Shown here piece by piece: positions 49,490 through 58,556 of a DNA stretch of 64,000 bases. Source of the stretch: Candidatus Latescibacterota bacterium (GTDB lineage: Bacteria > Latescibacterota > UBA2968 > UBA8231); assembly GCA_965248355.1 (NCBI GenBank), contig OZ252098.1, forward strand, positions 3,904,001-3,968,000. Direction: 5' to 3'. A model generated the notes under the pieces. The model saw only the letters and a program-made list of their open reading frames with translations, did no database searches and was not told where the DNA came from. How positions within the stretch are numbered: position 1 is the first letter of the stretch; each line of letters starts with the position of its first letter. The position numbers and the translations under genes are program-made.

Positions 49490-50397
49490 GACAGCCTCTG
49501 GGCGACCTCCACCGGGAGGCCGTCTCCTGCGTCGAGGGTGATGGACCGGATGGGCACGCCCAGAGCGAGATCGCGCTCCCCAGGCGGCGTGTCGTGGGCG
49601 ATCTCCCCGGCAAGGGCGTCCACGTCGTCGGTCCAGAGCCCGAACGACCCCACGACGCCGCGGCCAAGACCGTCGGCGTTCCCGCCGTCTTTCCGCCCAC
49701 GCAGCTCAATGTCGCACATGCCAGCGACGAAGACGTACCCCTCGTGCGTGTCGCTGTCCGAGTGGTCGATAGCGCGCAGCCCCAGCTCATCCCCGTACAA
49801 CCCCTTCCCCCTGGCGATGTCCGGGCACTCCATGGCCATGTGATCGAAACCCTTGAGGAGGCCGCCGGCGGAGAGATTGGCGATCCGCTGCTTCTCCCGC
49901 CGCCTCTCCTGGTTGTGCAGCCTCGGGTCCACGATCTCGGAGATCTGGATGGGGAAGCCGTTCGGATCGACGAACTCCAGCAGGCTCCTCTGCATGTAGG
50001 CGTGGTCCATCGGCTGGACGATGGGGCCGTCCTTCGTGGCGCGGACCCTGTTGGACGCGAAGAAGCCCTCGAGGTGGGAGAAGGCATGGTAGTTGCCCTC
50101 GACGAAGAAGGACCAGTGTCCGACCGAGCCATAGGCCTGCCCCGTCCTCTCGCCCTCGGACGACACCAGCATGGGGGCGGCCTCGTCCTCGTGCAGAACC
50201 AGGAAAGAGTCGCCGACCTGGAGGACGGCTTCGCGTTCGCCGCTCTCGGCGGCGGCGCCATCCACCCATTCGCCCTTCTCGTTCTGCACAGCCGTGGTGT
50301 TCTGAAGCTCGGTGAGGCCGAGGTGCTTGCCGTAGACCTCCCGGCACTCGTCCCAGACCCGCGTCCGCATCTCGATGTAGGCGATGCCTGTAATCAT
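49486..50397 (-). CDS. VOC/glyoxalase superfamily protein
   Basis: Duplicated VOC pattern (FVDPNGFPIQISE, FDHMAM). Confidence 0.7.
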   Translation of the reverse strand: MITGIAYIEMRTRVWDECREVYGKHLGLTELQNTTAVQNEKGEWVDGAAAESGEREAVLQVGDSFLVLHEDEAAPMLVSSEGERTGQAYGSVGHWSFFVEGNYHAFSHLEGFFASNRVRATKDGPIVQPMDHAYMQRSLLEFVDPNGFPIQISEIVDPRLHNQERRREKQRIANLSAGGLLKGFDHMAMECPDIARGKGLYGDELGLRAIDHSDSDTHEGYVFVAGMCDIELRGRKDGGNADGLGRGVVGSFGLWTDDVDALAGEIAHDTPPGERDLALGVPIRSITLDAGDGLPVEVAQRLS

Positions 50398-50536
50398 GGG
50401 GGCCGATTGTAGGGTCAGCGGGCGTGCAGCACAATCCGAGGGCGGTCGCCTCAGAACCAGGCCACTCGGTCCAAAGAGGGGTGGTCTCCGGGAACTTCCA
50501 GGCCCTACGGCTTCGCGACAGAGTGCGGGGGCGCGT

Positions 50537-51013
50537 TCATCTTTCGCACAAGTCGCGGCGTCGAAGCAGTTTCTTGTGGGTATCCGTGAAGCGTTTGGTC
50601 CTGCGTGTAGTGTAGATTTTGCCCGGCGGATTGCTTACTAACTGTCTGTTATGGAAGTCCTCACAGAGCCTCTTCTTCCTCTCACTGCTCTCATTGGTAT
50701 ACAGTAGACGGGCACCGCTGACTTGGGCCAAGGCAATGATGTGGGAATCATCAGAAACGCACTCAGCCTTGATCTCCCGCGCCCTGGCATTGACTTGATC
50801 TGCGTTCACGAATTTCAATCTCCCCGCTTCTCCCAACGTACTTGCCCACTCCCTGAACTCTGGCGAGCCTCTCTGAAGCTCCCGAAGCAGCTTCCCACCG
50901 ACTACCAAGCGTCCTGCTGCTGCGTTGATCCAACCATAGAACTTCTCTCCTGCCGGAGACTGCCTGGGGCCGAAGACTTCATTGGCCACATTCGCATCAA
51001 CAATTGCACACAT
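50537..51013 (-). CDS. PIN-domain-like nuclease
   Basis: AIVDANV at N-terminus and SDDSHIIALA..SGARLLYTNE resemble PIN acidic motifs. Confidence 0.65.
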   Translation of the reverse strand: MCAIVDANVANEVFGPRQSPAGEKFYGWINAAAGRLVVGGKLLRELQRGSPEFREWASTLGEAGRLKFVNADQVNARAREIKAECVSDDSHIIALAQVSGARLLYTNESSERKKRLCEDFHNRQLVSNPPGKIYTTRRTKRFTDTHKKLLRRRDLCER

Positions 51014-51017
51014 CCCC

Positions 51018-52391
51018 TCATTTCCCCTTAGATGGCTGCTTCTTCCAAATAGACCGCTCCATTTCATCTATGAAAAACTGCCGATATACCGATGGGGCAT
51101 TCAGGACATTCCCTTCGCCGTCAATTTCCAGGGAGTGAATACGGACGTCGAGGTCGCGCCGTTCGAAGAAGAGGATAGAAATGTCTTCGGGCTTCAGGTT
51201 TCCCTCGCCGTCTCGGACATCCATCCGCACACGACTGAGCAGGTGATCGCTATGAGTTTCGACTACCAACTGCCGGTGAGGGTTGGCGACTTGACAGAAC
51301 AAGCTACCAAGAGCGGCCTGGGCGCTGGGATGGAGATGTACTTCGGGTTGCTGCAACAGAAACATGGACGGGGCATCGGAACGAAGCAACTCGGTAATGA
51401 CGGGGAGCACTTGGCTTACCCCATATCCTACGTCAATTAGGTTCCTTTGGAGTCCCTTGACTTTCCTCCCCGCTCTGCGGATCTGCACCTGGAAGGGTTC
51501 TGTCTCCTTCTTCCCGAAAGACTTCACCGAGATTTCATCAAAAAGGCCGGCAGCGTGCCCGAAAGTCTCCAGAGCGTCTTTGAGGGTTGCCCACTGCTCT
51601 CTTGAGCGGAAGTGCAAGCTGGACAGATACATGGGGATGTACTCGCCTTCGGGGTCCTGTGTCGGACGTGCAGGATCGTATGTGCGACGTGGCTTGGACC
51701 GAACTGGTGCGCTGGCATAAGGGCCATCCCCTTGAGAGGGAATGAGTTCTACGCGACTGAAGCGAACTACCTCTTCGACTTGCTCGAGATCCGCTTTGGT
51801 AGGCTCGCGCGAACCGGAGACTGCTGTCAACGGATGGTTGTCTTCGGTTGCATTTATCGAATGCCAAAGCCTCGAGAAAAGAGAAAAGGGTTCCCTATGG
51901 GCCCAATCCAGGAAACGGAGGGTTTCGTCAGACAGGTCACACTTCCAAGAGCCGCTCTTGGTTCCAAAGCGGGTCTCTTTGTGTGAGGGTCTGAATTCGA
52001 TCCACACATCCTTCTTGGAGAGGCGTCTGCGCTCTGGAACGGGGACAGCGTCCCTTTTCTCAAAAGTTGCTTCAAACCGAAATGGTTCATTCCGTATGAG
52101 TTCAGCCAGGCTAGATTGAAGCCGGTACTCAAAACCGGCCTGAAAAGTATCTGGTCGACCGGCGCGCCCTCCTCGGTAATGGGCGATCTCATCGAAGCTA
52201 CCGAGGTCGTAGGGAGCTTCCTTGAAGTTGGGATCCTTTTCCTGATAGGCAATTTCCCACAGTGCTTTGATCAGGGCCAGAAAGGAGGTCTTGCCTGTGC
52301 TGTTTTCGCCGACGAGCAGTGTCAGGGGTGCCAAGCGGGCGCCCTGTTTTTCCCCGAAACAGCGAAAGTTCTCTATTGTCACTCTGTCCAT
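51018..52391 (-). CDS. ABC-type (AAA_15/AAA_21-like) ATPase, DUF3696-like
   Basis: IENFRCF, GENSTGKT, DVGYGVSQVLP, QQPEVHLHP and VETHSDH motifs. Confidence 0.88.
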   Translation of the reverse strand: MDRVTIENFRCFGEKQGARLAPLTLLVGENSTGKTSFLALIKALWEIAYQEKDPNFKEAPYDLGSFDEIAHYRGGRAGRPDTFQAGFEYRLQSSLAELIRNEPFRFEATFEKRDAVPVPERRRLSKKDVWIEFRPSHKETRFGTKSGSWKCDLSDETLRFLDWAHREPFSLFSRLWHSINATEDNHPLTAVSGSREPTKADLEQVEEVVRFSRVELIPSQGDGPYASAPVRSKPRRTYDPARPTQDPEGEYIPMYLSSLHFRSREQWATLKDALETFGHAAGLFDEISVKSFGKKETEPFQVQIRRAGRKVKGLQRNLIDVGYGVSQVLPVITELLRSDAPSMFLLQQPEVHLHPSAQAALGSLFCQVANPHRQLVVETHSDHLLSRVRMDVRDGEGNLKPEDISILFFERRDLDVRIHSLEIDGEGNVLNAPSVYRQFFIDEMERSIWKKQPSKGK

Positions 52392-52589
52392 TGGATGCCC
52401 CTCTTCCTTGCGCGGCACCGGCGGAGTATGCGGGGAGCACTACTTTGATGGCCCTGAGGATAGAAGGGGGAGACAACGATGGCAAGGTAGAGGGTGTCGG
52501 GAGCCCCCTGGATGTGGGAGTGTGCTTGGGAGGCCGGGTTGTTGGGGGTAGTCACGGACCAGTGTAGGGACTGGCTTTAGATGCACGAA

Positions 52590-52906
52590 CCCCCCCCAGG
52601 CCGGCGCCCCACCGGATCGAGTGGCGCCGGAGTCACCCCCGGCCCAGCACCCCCACCGGGCGCCACCCGGCCCAGAAACAGTGTGTGTGGGCGGGTCCCC
52701 ACCCAGGGCGGTGACGGCGGCGCAGGCCGAGCCGAGCGGCGCATTACGCGGGCCGGGGTCAACAACCAACCTCATCCAAGAGGCCCAGAGACCCGAGCCC
52801 AGCGAGGGGCTCGCCAGCCCCACGAACCACCCCCCGTCGATAGATCCACCACGAAGGCCCCGCGTACGCGCCGCCGAGGCGCGGACGGAGCCGCCGGCAC
52901 CGCCCC
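52590..52906 (+). repeat. Structured intergenic repeat, full-length copy F
   Basis: Colinear with copy E over ~310 bp. Confidence 0.93.
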
Positions 52907-52983
52907 CTCCCAGAACCCCCCACCCACCCCCATCTTCAAACCACCCAACCCAACCCATCCCATCCCCCACCCGGACCCCCAAA

Positions 52984-53452
52984 ATGCCCCCCTCCGACTA
53001 CCGATCCTCCATCACCACCCAGGGCCGCCGCATGGCCGGCGCCCGCGCCCTCTGGCGCGCCACCGGCATGAAGACCGAGGACTTCCTCAAACCCGTCGTC
53101 GCCATCGCCAACAGCTTCACCCAGTTCGTCCCCGGCCACGTCCACCTCCACCCCATCGGCCAGCGCGTCAAGCAAGTCGTCGACGCCGCCGGCGGCTACG
53201 GCGTCGAGTTCAACACCATCGCCGTGGACGACGGCATCGCCATGGGCCACGACGGCATGCTCCTACATCAAGGCCAGGCAGCTCGGCGCCCGCTGCGCCC
53301 TGCTCACCGACGGACGGTTCTCGGGCGGCACCAGCGGCCTCTCCATCGGCCACGTCTCGCCCGAGGCGGCCTACGCGGCGCTGACCACGAGCGCCGCCCG
53401 GGGGGCGGTGCGCGACGTGAGCCAGGTGCAGCCCCGCGCCGGAGGAGACTGA
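52984..53452 (+). pseudogene. ilvD: Dihydroxy-acid dehydratase remnant with two large internal deletions
   Basis: Three IlvD segments: [14 protein letters not shown]...[13 protein letters not shown]...[57 protein letters not shown]. Confidence 0.93.
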
Positions 53453-53471
53453 GGCTCAGCCCCGAGCCTCA
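53450..53471. terminator. Hairpin between convergent genes, with both stop codons in the stem
   Basis: tgaggctc-agcccc-gagcctca; no U-tract. Confidence 0.45.
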
Positions 53472-54801
53472 CCCGAAGTCCCAGGCGCCGGGATAGTCCT
53501 CCCCGTACCTGATCAGCGCGGCATGGACGCCGTGGATCGCCTTCTCCGCGGCGTTGACGGCGATCGGCGTGTTGGCGGGGTAGTTGATCGCGCCGGTGCG
53601 CACCCGGTGCAGCACCAGGCCGGTGCGGCCGCCCGCGTGGGGCCATGTCCGCCACCGGCCGCGCCTCGGGACGCAGGGGCAGGCCCGAGGCCAGCAGGTC
53701 GATCACCGTGGACCGGCCGCGGACGGCGAACCCGTCGTCGGGGTCGACGGTCGTGCAGTAGAGCGGATTGCGGTTCTGGCGAATGCCGGAGAAGAACCGG
53801 ACGACGCCGTCGGGGCAGCCGTAGGCGGTGGCCGGGCCTGCGGCGGGCAGCTGCACGGTCGAGGCCCCGGCGGCCGCCGCGGCGGGAGCGAAGGGGTCGT
53901 CCAGGCGCAGGAAGTTGGCACCCTGGTTGCCGGGGTAGGAGCGGGCGGCGATCACGAACCCGCCGCGCCAGCGGATCGGACTGGCCTCGATGGCGGGGAA
54001 GTGGGGGTAGAACAGCAGCGGTCCGGTCTCGACCCATTCGTAGCGGTGGCGCTCGCGGTTGTAGCGATGGCGCACGGCGGCCACGCGGTTGCCGCCGAAG
54101 TGGCCGGGCTCCGACCACCCGAACTGGCAGGTGTCGAGCCACTCGTCGGCGGCGCCGGTGAGGGGCACCGGGTTGACGAGGCCGTGGTTGATGTCGCCCG
54201 GATCCTCGACACTGCAGCGGTAGGGGCCGGTCTCGTAGCCGACCTGGCGCAGCTCGGTTGCCGGCTGGAGGACCTCGATGTCGTCGTCGGTGTCGTTCAG
54301 GCGGAACTGGACCGCCGGCACGTGCAGGGTCCGCCGCATCAGCTCGTGCGTCTCGATCCCCTTGTAGAGGGTGCCGTCCTCGCGGTAGGCGCGGGCGTTG
54401 CGGTACCACTTGGCGACGAAGAGGTTGGCGTGGGCCGGCACGACGCCCCGGATGCGGGCGCCCTTGGGCACGCCGAAGACGGAGGGCGCGCCATTGGTCT
54501 GGAAGTAGGCCCCGCCGTCGCCGGGGTTCCAGTCGGGGAGGGTGGCGGCGAGCATCCCCTCCTTCAGCACCGGACCGAGGTAGCTGCCGGCGCGGACCTG
54601 GTAGACGATGCTGCGGTCCTCGTCGATGCCGCGCCAGCCGCGGGTGGCGTAGAGGATGAGGAAGCGGTCCCTGCTGAGCTGCGCGCCGTTCGGGTGGGCC
54701 GGGAAGACGTCGTCGCTGCGCCGCTCGCCTTCGAGGCCGCACTCCTGCAGGAATACGCCGTTCGGTTGGATCGACGCCCCGCCGGGCGATGGGCGCCTCA
54801 C
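53469..54801 (-). pseudogene. Hypothetical beta-propeller-like protein, frameshifted near 53640
   Basis: Coupled GTGA start; the coding frame shifts at RPVADMA / PHAGGRTGLVLHRVR...GAWDFG*. Confidence 0.6.
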
Positions 54802-55358
54802 GCGTGGCCGGCCCCCGCCTCCCACTCCTCCCGGAGGATGGCGAGGCCGTACTGATCGTGCCACTCCCCGTCGAAGAAGACGGTCTCCCTGAAGAAGGCC
54901 TCCCGCTGCATTCCCAGGCGCTCCGCCATGAGGAGCGAGCGGGTGTTCTCACCGTCGCAGTGGGCGGTGATCCGGTGCAGGTCGAGGGTGGTGAAGGCGA
55001 ACTCCAGCATCGCCCGGCTGGCCTCGGTGGCCAGGCCCTGGCCGCGGCAGCCGGCGTGGAGGAACCACCCCATGTCCCCCTGGCCGTGCGCCCGGCTGGT
55101 CACCTTGATGCAGGTGGTGCCGATCACCCGGCCCGTCGCCTTGTGCTCGACGGCCAGGTGCAGGTAGACGCCCTCGGCGTCGAGGGGCAGATCCCGGGAG
55201 GTGGCGATGAACTTCCTCGCCTCTTCTTCCGTGTAGGGCTCCCGGCTCAGGTACTGTGTGTGCCCGGGCTGGGACTCGCAGTCGAGATATTCCGCCAGGT
55301 CCTCGTCCCGCATCCGGCGCAGGATCAGCCGTTCCGTCTCGATGCGGATCTCGGACAC
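54798..55358 (-). CDS. RimJ/RimL-type GNAT acetyltransferase
   Basis: IETERLILR, RGQGLATEA and ENTRS..AERLGM motifs. Confidence 0.9.
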   Translation of the reverse strand: MSEIRIETERLILRRMRDEDLAEYLDCESQPGHTQYLSREPYTEEEARKFIATSRDLPLDAEGVYLHLAVEHKATGRVIGTTCIKVTSRAHGQGDMGWFLHAGCRGQGLATEASRAMLEFAFTTLDLHRITAHCDGENTRSLLMAERLGMQREAFFRETVFFDGEWHDQYGLAILREEWEAGAGHA

Positions 55359-55371
55359 GGCGGCCCGAAGG

Positions 55372-56166
55372 TCAGTCGAAGAGGGAGGGGAAGTAGCGGT
55401 GCGGGTCGGCGGCGTCGCGGAACAGGATCTGCTGGCGCGGGGTCAGCTCGATCCCCTCGGGAGGCTGCATGCGATGGGCCGACCAGGCGATCTGGGAGAC
55501 ACAGTACTTGAAGAGCAGGCAGCGCCGCTCGTGGGGTGCCCTCCAGGCCGCGGTGCCGTGGGTGATGGCCTCGGTGAAGAGGGTCACGGAGCCGGCCGGC
55601 GCCCGGGGCAGGATGACGCACTCGGAGTCCTCGTGGGCCTCCTCCATGTGCTCCGGGATGCGGAAGACGGACTTGTGGGAGCCGGGGATGCAGCAGAAGC
55701 CGCCGTGGCCGGGGCCGGCGTCGGTGAGGTTCCAGGAGACGACGACGAACCCGGTGTGCAGGACGTTCTCCGGGAAGTGGTAGCGCTCGCCCGGGACCGA
55801 GGGGGCGCCGATGGCCGAGGCGCCGTAGTCGGAGTGCAGGTAGCCGCGGGGCGCGCCCTGCCTCGTGCGGATGCCGTAGATGCGGTCCAGCCGGAAGCAG
55901 TCCCCCAGGCGGAACCGCAGGATGGGCAGCAGGCGCTCGTGGTCGAGGAGGTCGCAGAAGGGCGGCCCCCACTGCAGGAACCCGGGGCCTTCGGGCGAGG
56001 ACCCGCAGGCGTCGCCGAAGCGCTGGATGCCCTCCTTGTCGGGGAGGTCCTGCGCGTCGATCAGCGCGTTGAGCGCCGCCACCGCCCCGGCGTCGAGGAC
56101 GTCCTCGACGACCAGGTAGCCCTGCAGGTCGAAGAGGTACTGCTGGCTCTCGAGATCATACTTCAT
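55372..56166 (-). CDS. PhyH family dioxygenase
   Basis: YLFDLQGY, LHSD, CIPGSHK and ITHGT motifs. Confidence 0.88.
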   Translation of the reverse strand: MKYDLESQQYLFDLQGYLVVEDVLDAGAVAALNALIDAQDLPDKEGIQRFGDACGSSPEGPGFLQWGPPFCDLLDHERLLPILRFRLGDCFRLDRIYGIRTRQGAPRGYLHSDYGASAIGAPSVPGERYHFPENVLHTGFVVVSWNLTDAGPGHGGFCCIPGSHKSVFRIPEHMEEAHEDSECVILPRAPAGSVTLFTEAITHGTAAWRAPHERRCLLFKYCVSQIAWSAHRMQPPEGIELTPRQQILFRDAADPHRYFPSLFD

Positions 56167-56259
56167 TGCGAGCTCCTCGAAGTCGGACGAAACCCGCCGC
56201 CGCCCGGCGCCAGCGGGAGGCCTCCCCGTCGCGGGCGCCTTCCCTCAACGAGAGGCCCC

Positions 56260-57261
56260 TCACCAGCGGACCGTCCGCCGGCCGCCGCCGGGTCCCGCCT
56301 TGAGGATCGCCTCGGCCACGGCCACCGCCTTGATCGCCTCGGTCCCCGGGGTGCGGCACTCGGCCCGGCCGCGGACGCAGTCCAGGAAGTGCCGCGCCTG
56401 GCGCTTGTACATCTGGTTGAAGTCCGCCGGGGCCCGCAGCTGGATCTGGCGGCCGTTCGTCCGGGTGATGCAGAAGTAGGCGTGCTTGCCCTGATCGTCG
56501 GCCGGGGGGCCCTGCGGCCCGGGGCCGAACTCCAGGCCGCCCTTGGGGCCGATGACGTCGTGCAGGCTCTTGCCGCGGGTGCCCCAGGACCAGGAGACCA
56601 GCAACTGATTGCCGCCGGCGTAGCGGACCACGGCCGAGCCCGTGTCGATGGCGGTGACCTCGGGGTTCACCTTGAGCGTGCTCGACACCACGCTCTCGGG
56701 GTCGCCGAAGATCATGTTGGCGAAGTCGTAGTTGTGCACGGCCCCGTCGATGAGGGGGCCGCCGCCGAGCTCCTCGTCCATGAACCAGCGGCCCGGGCCC
56801 AGGCCCGCCGAGCAGTCCCGCCACAGCACCGGGAAGCCGAGACGGCCGGCCTGCACCGCCCGGCCCCAGGTCCCCCAGTGGGCGTCGTAGCGCCGGCATT
56901 GGGCGATCATGAGCAGGGTGCCCGTCTTCGCGCTGACCCGGTTCAGGGCGCGGCACTGGGCGACGGTGCGGGCCATCGGTTTCTCCACAAGCACCGGCAC
57001 GCCGGCCTTGAGGCAGTCGATGGCCACGGCCGCGTGACGGCCCGTGGGCACGGCCACCACCACGGCGCCGACGCCGCCGGCGAGCAGGTCCCGGTAGTCT
57101 TCGTAGACCGTCGCCTTCTTGTGGTCGGCGGCCAGGGCCTCGGCCGCGGGCCTCACGGGGTCGGCCACCGCCGCCACCCGGCAGCCCCGGACCTGGGAGA
57201 AGCTGGCGGCCTGGTGGCGCCCCATGCCCCCGGCGCCGATGAAACCGATGTCGATCATCAT
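56260..57261 (-). CDS. Gfo/Idh/MocA family oxidoreductase
   Basis: GFIGAGGMG, VLVEKPMA and GGGPLIDGAVH motifs. Confidence 0.92.
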   Translation of the reverse strand: MMIDIGFIGAGGMGRHQAASFSQVRGCRVAAVADPVRPAAEALAADHKKATVYEDYRDLLAGGVGAVVVAVPTGRHAAVAIDCLKAGVPVLVEKPMARTVAQCRALNRVSAKTGTLLMIAQCRRYDAHWGTWGRAVQAGRLGFPVLWRDCSAGLGPGRWFMDEELGGGPLIDGAVHNYDFANMIFGDPESVVSSTLKVNPEVTAIDTGSAVVRYAGGNQLLVSWSWGTRGKSLHDVIGPKGGLEFGPGPQGPPADDQGKHAYFCITRTNGRQIQLRAPADFNQMYKRQARHFLDCVRGRAECRTPGTEAIKAVAVAEAILKAGPGGGRRTVRW

Positions 57262-57353
57262 CCCCTCCGTCCCGAATCCTTGCCTGTTGCCTCGGCCCCA
57301 ATCTAGCGTTGTTTGCCTTCCGGTGCATGAAGCCGAACGAGGAGGGGGGGCGT

Positions 57354-58556
57354 TTGAAGATCACGGACGTGCGCGTGCGCGAGGTGTCGATCCCGAGGAT
57401 CTACGGGACCTGGACCGCCGATCCGGACCAGCTGCAGCCCGACACCGACCACCGGCGCTCGCGGTACCAGATCCTGGAGCTGTTCACGGATGCCGGACCG
57501 GTCGGCCTCGGCGAGGTCTCGGACATGGCCGACCGCATGAACCCGCTGCCGCCGGGCCAGCTGCGGGACCTGCTCGCCGGCCAGCTCGTCGGGCGGAATC
57601 TGGAGCGCTGGCGGGACGCCTTCGCCGCCGTGGGCGAGGCCCTGCCCGGGGACTGCCACCCGGAGCTTCGCGGCCTCACCCTCTTCGGCGTCGAGATCGC
57701 GCTGCTCGACCTGGTGGGCAAGAAGCTGGGGGCGCCGCTCCACGAGTTGCTGGGCGGGCGCGTCCACGACCGGGTCGACGTCTGCTGGGTCGCGTACATG
57801 CGCGGCGAGATGACGGCCGAAGCGGAGCTCGAGGCGCTCGCGGAGGAGGTGCGGGACAAGCTGGCCGAGGGCATCCGCGCCTTCAAGATGAAGGTGGGCG
57901 GTGATCCGGGGCGCGACTTGGAGCGGGTGCGCCGGTTCCGGGAGGTGGCGGGCCCCGACATCTACCTGCGCGGCGACGCCAGCGGCGCCTGGACCGAGGA
58001 AGAGGCCGTGGAGCGTCTGCGCGAGCTGGCCGCGGCCGGCGTCCACGCCTGCGAGACCCCCGTCGACGCCGTCAGCCGCCCCGTGGTCAACGACAACCCG
58101 GAGCGCATCAACCGCGACCCCGACGGGGTGACCGCGGTCCTCGCCAGGGTCCGCGAGCGTTCCCCCATCGACATCATCGAGCACGTGGCCGACCTCGACG
58201 ACGCCTTCACCGCCTCCGTCGTCCGCCACCGGGCCGTGGACGTGGTCAACGTCATCCCCTCCCAGGGCGGCGGCCTGCTGCGCGGCCAGCGGCTGATCCA
58301 CACCGCCGGCAGCGGCGGCATCCCGGTCCTGCTGGGCAGCACGGTGGAGCTCGGTCCGGGCACCGCCGCCTTCGTCCACCTCGCCGTGGCCAGCGCCAAC
58401 GTCACCGTGCCCTCCGACCTGGTCAGCCCGGGGCTGCTCGTGGACGACATCTGCGCCACCCCCTTCGAGTACCGAGGCGGCGCCCTGGAACCCCCGGAAG
58501 GTCCGGGCCTCGGCATGGAGCTGGACGAAGCGAGGATGGAGAAATGGGCGGTCTGA
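57354..58556 (+). CDS. Mandelate racemase/muconate lactonizing enzyme family protein
   Basis: EIALLDLVGK, FKMKVG, RGDA and GPGLGMELD motifs; TTG start after GAGGAGG. Confidence 0.88.
   Translation: MKITDVRVREVSIPRIYGTWTADPDQLQPDTDHRRSRYQILELFTDAGPVGLGEVSDMADRMNPLPPGQLRDLLAGQLVGRNLERWRDAFAAVGEALPGDCHPELRGLTLFGVEIALLDLVGKKLGAPLHELLGGRVHDRVDVCWVAYMRGEMTAEAELEALAEEVRDKLAEGIRAFKMKVGGDPGRDLERVRRFREVAGPDIYLRGDASGAWTEEEAVERLRELAAAGVHACETPVDAVSRPVVNDNPERINRDPDGVTAVLARVRERSPIDIIEHVADLDDAFTASVVRHRAVDVVNVIPSQGGGLLRGQRLIHTAGSGGIPVLLGSTVELGPGTAAFVHLAVASANVTVPSDLVSPGLLVDDICATPFEYRGGALEPPEGPGLGMELDEARMEKWAV

Noticed and set aside
46251..50261. 1336-aa ORF as a single protein
   Set aside because: The N-terminal half is an off-frame shadow of the VOC and enolase genes. 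The real gene starts at 48290 and its apparent end is IS sequence.
13179..52906. Repeat family as a CRISPR array or integron attC sites
   Set aside because: Copies are kilobases apart and far longer than CRISPR repeats. No cas or intI gene is present, I saw no RYYYAAC/GTTRRRY ends, and flanking genes are not co-oriented cassettes.
13179..52906. Repeat as a riboswitch or T-box leader (copy F precedes ilvD)
   Set aside because: Copies also occur between convergent genes, orientation is independent of genes, and I saw no T-box motif or terminator U-tract.
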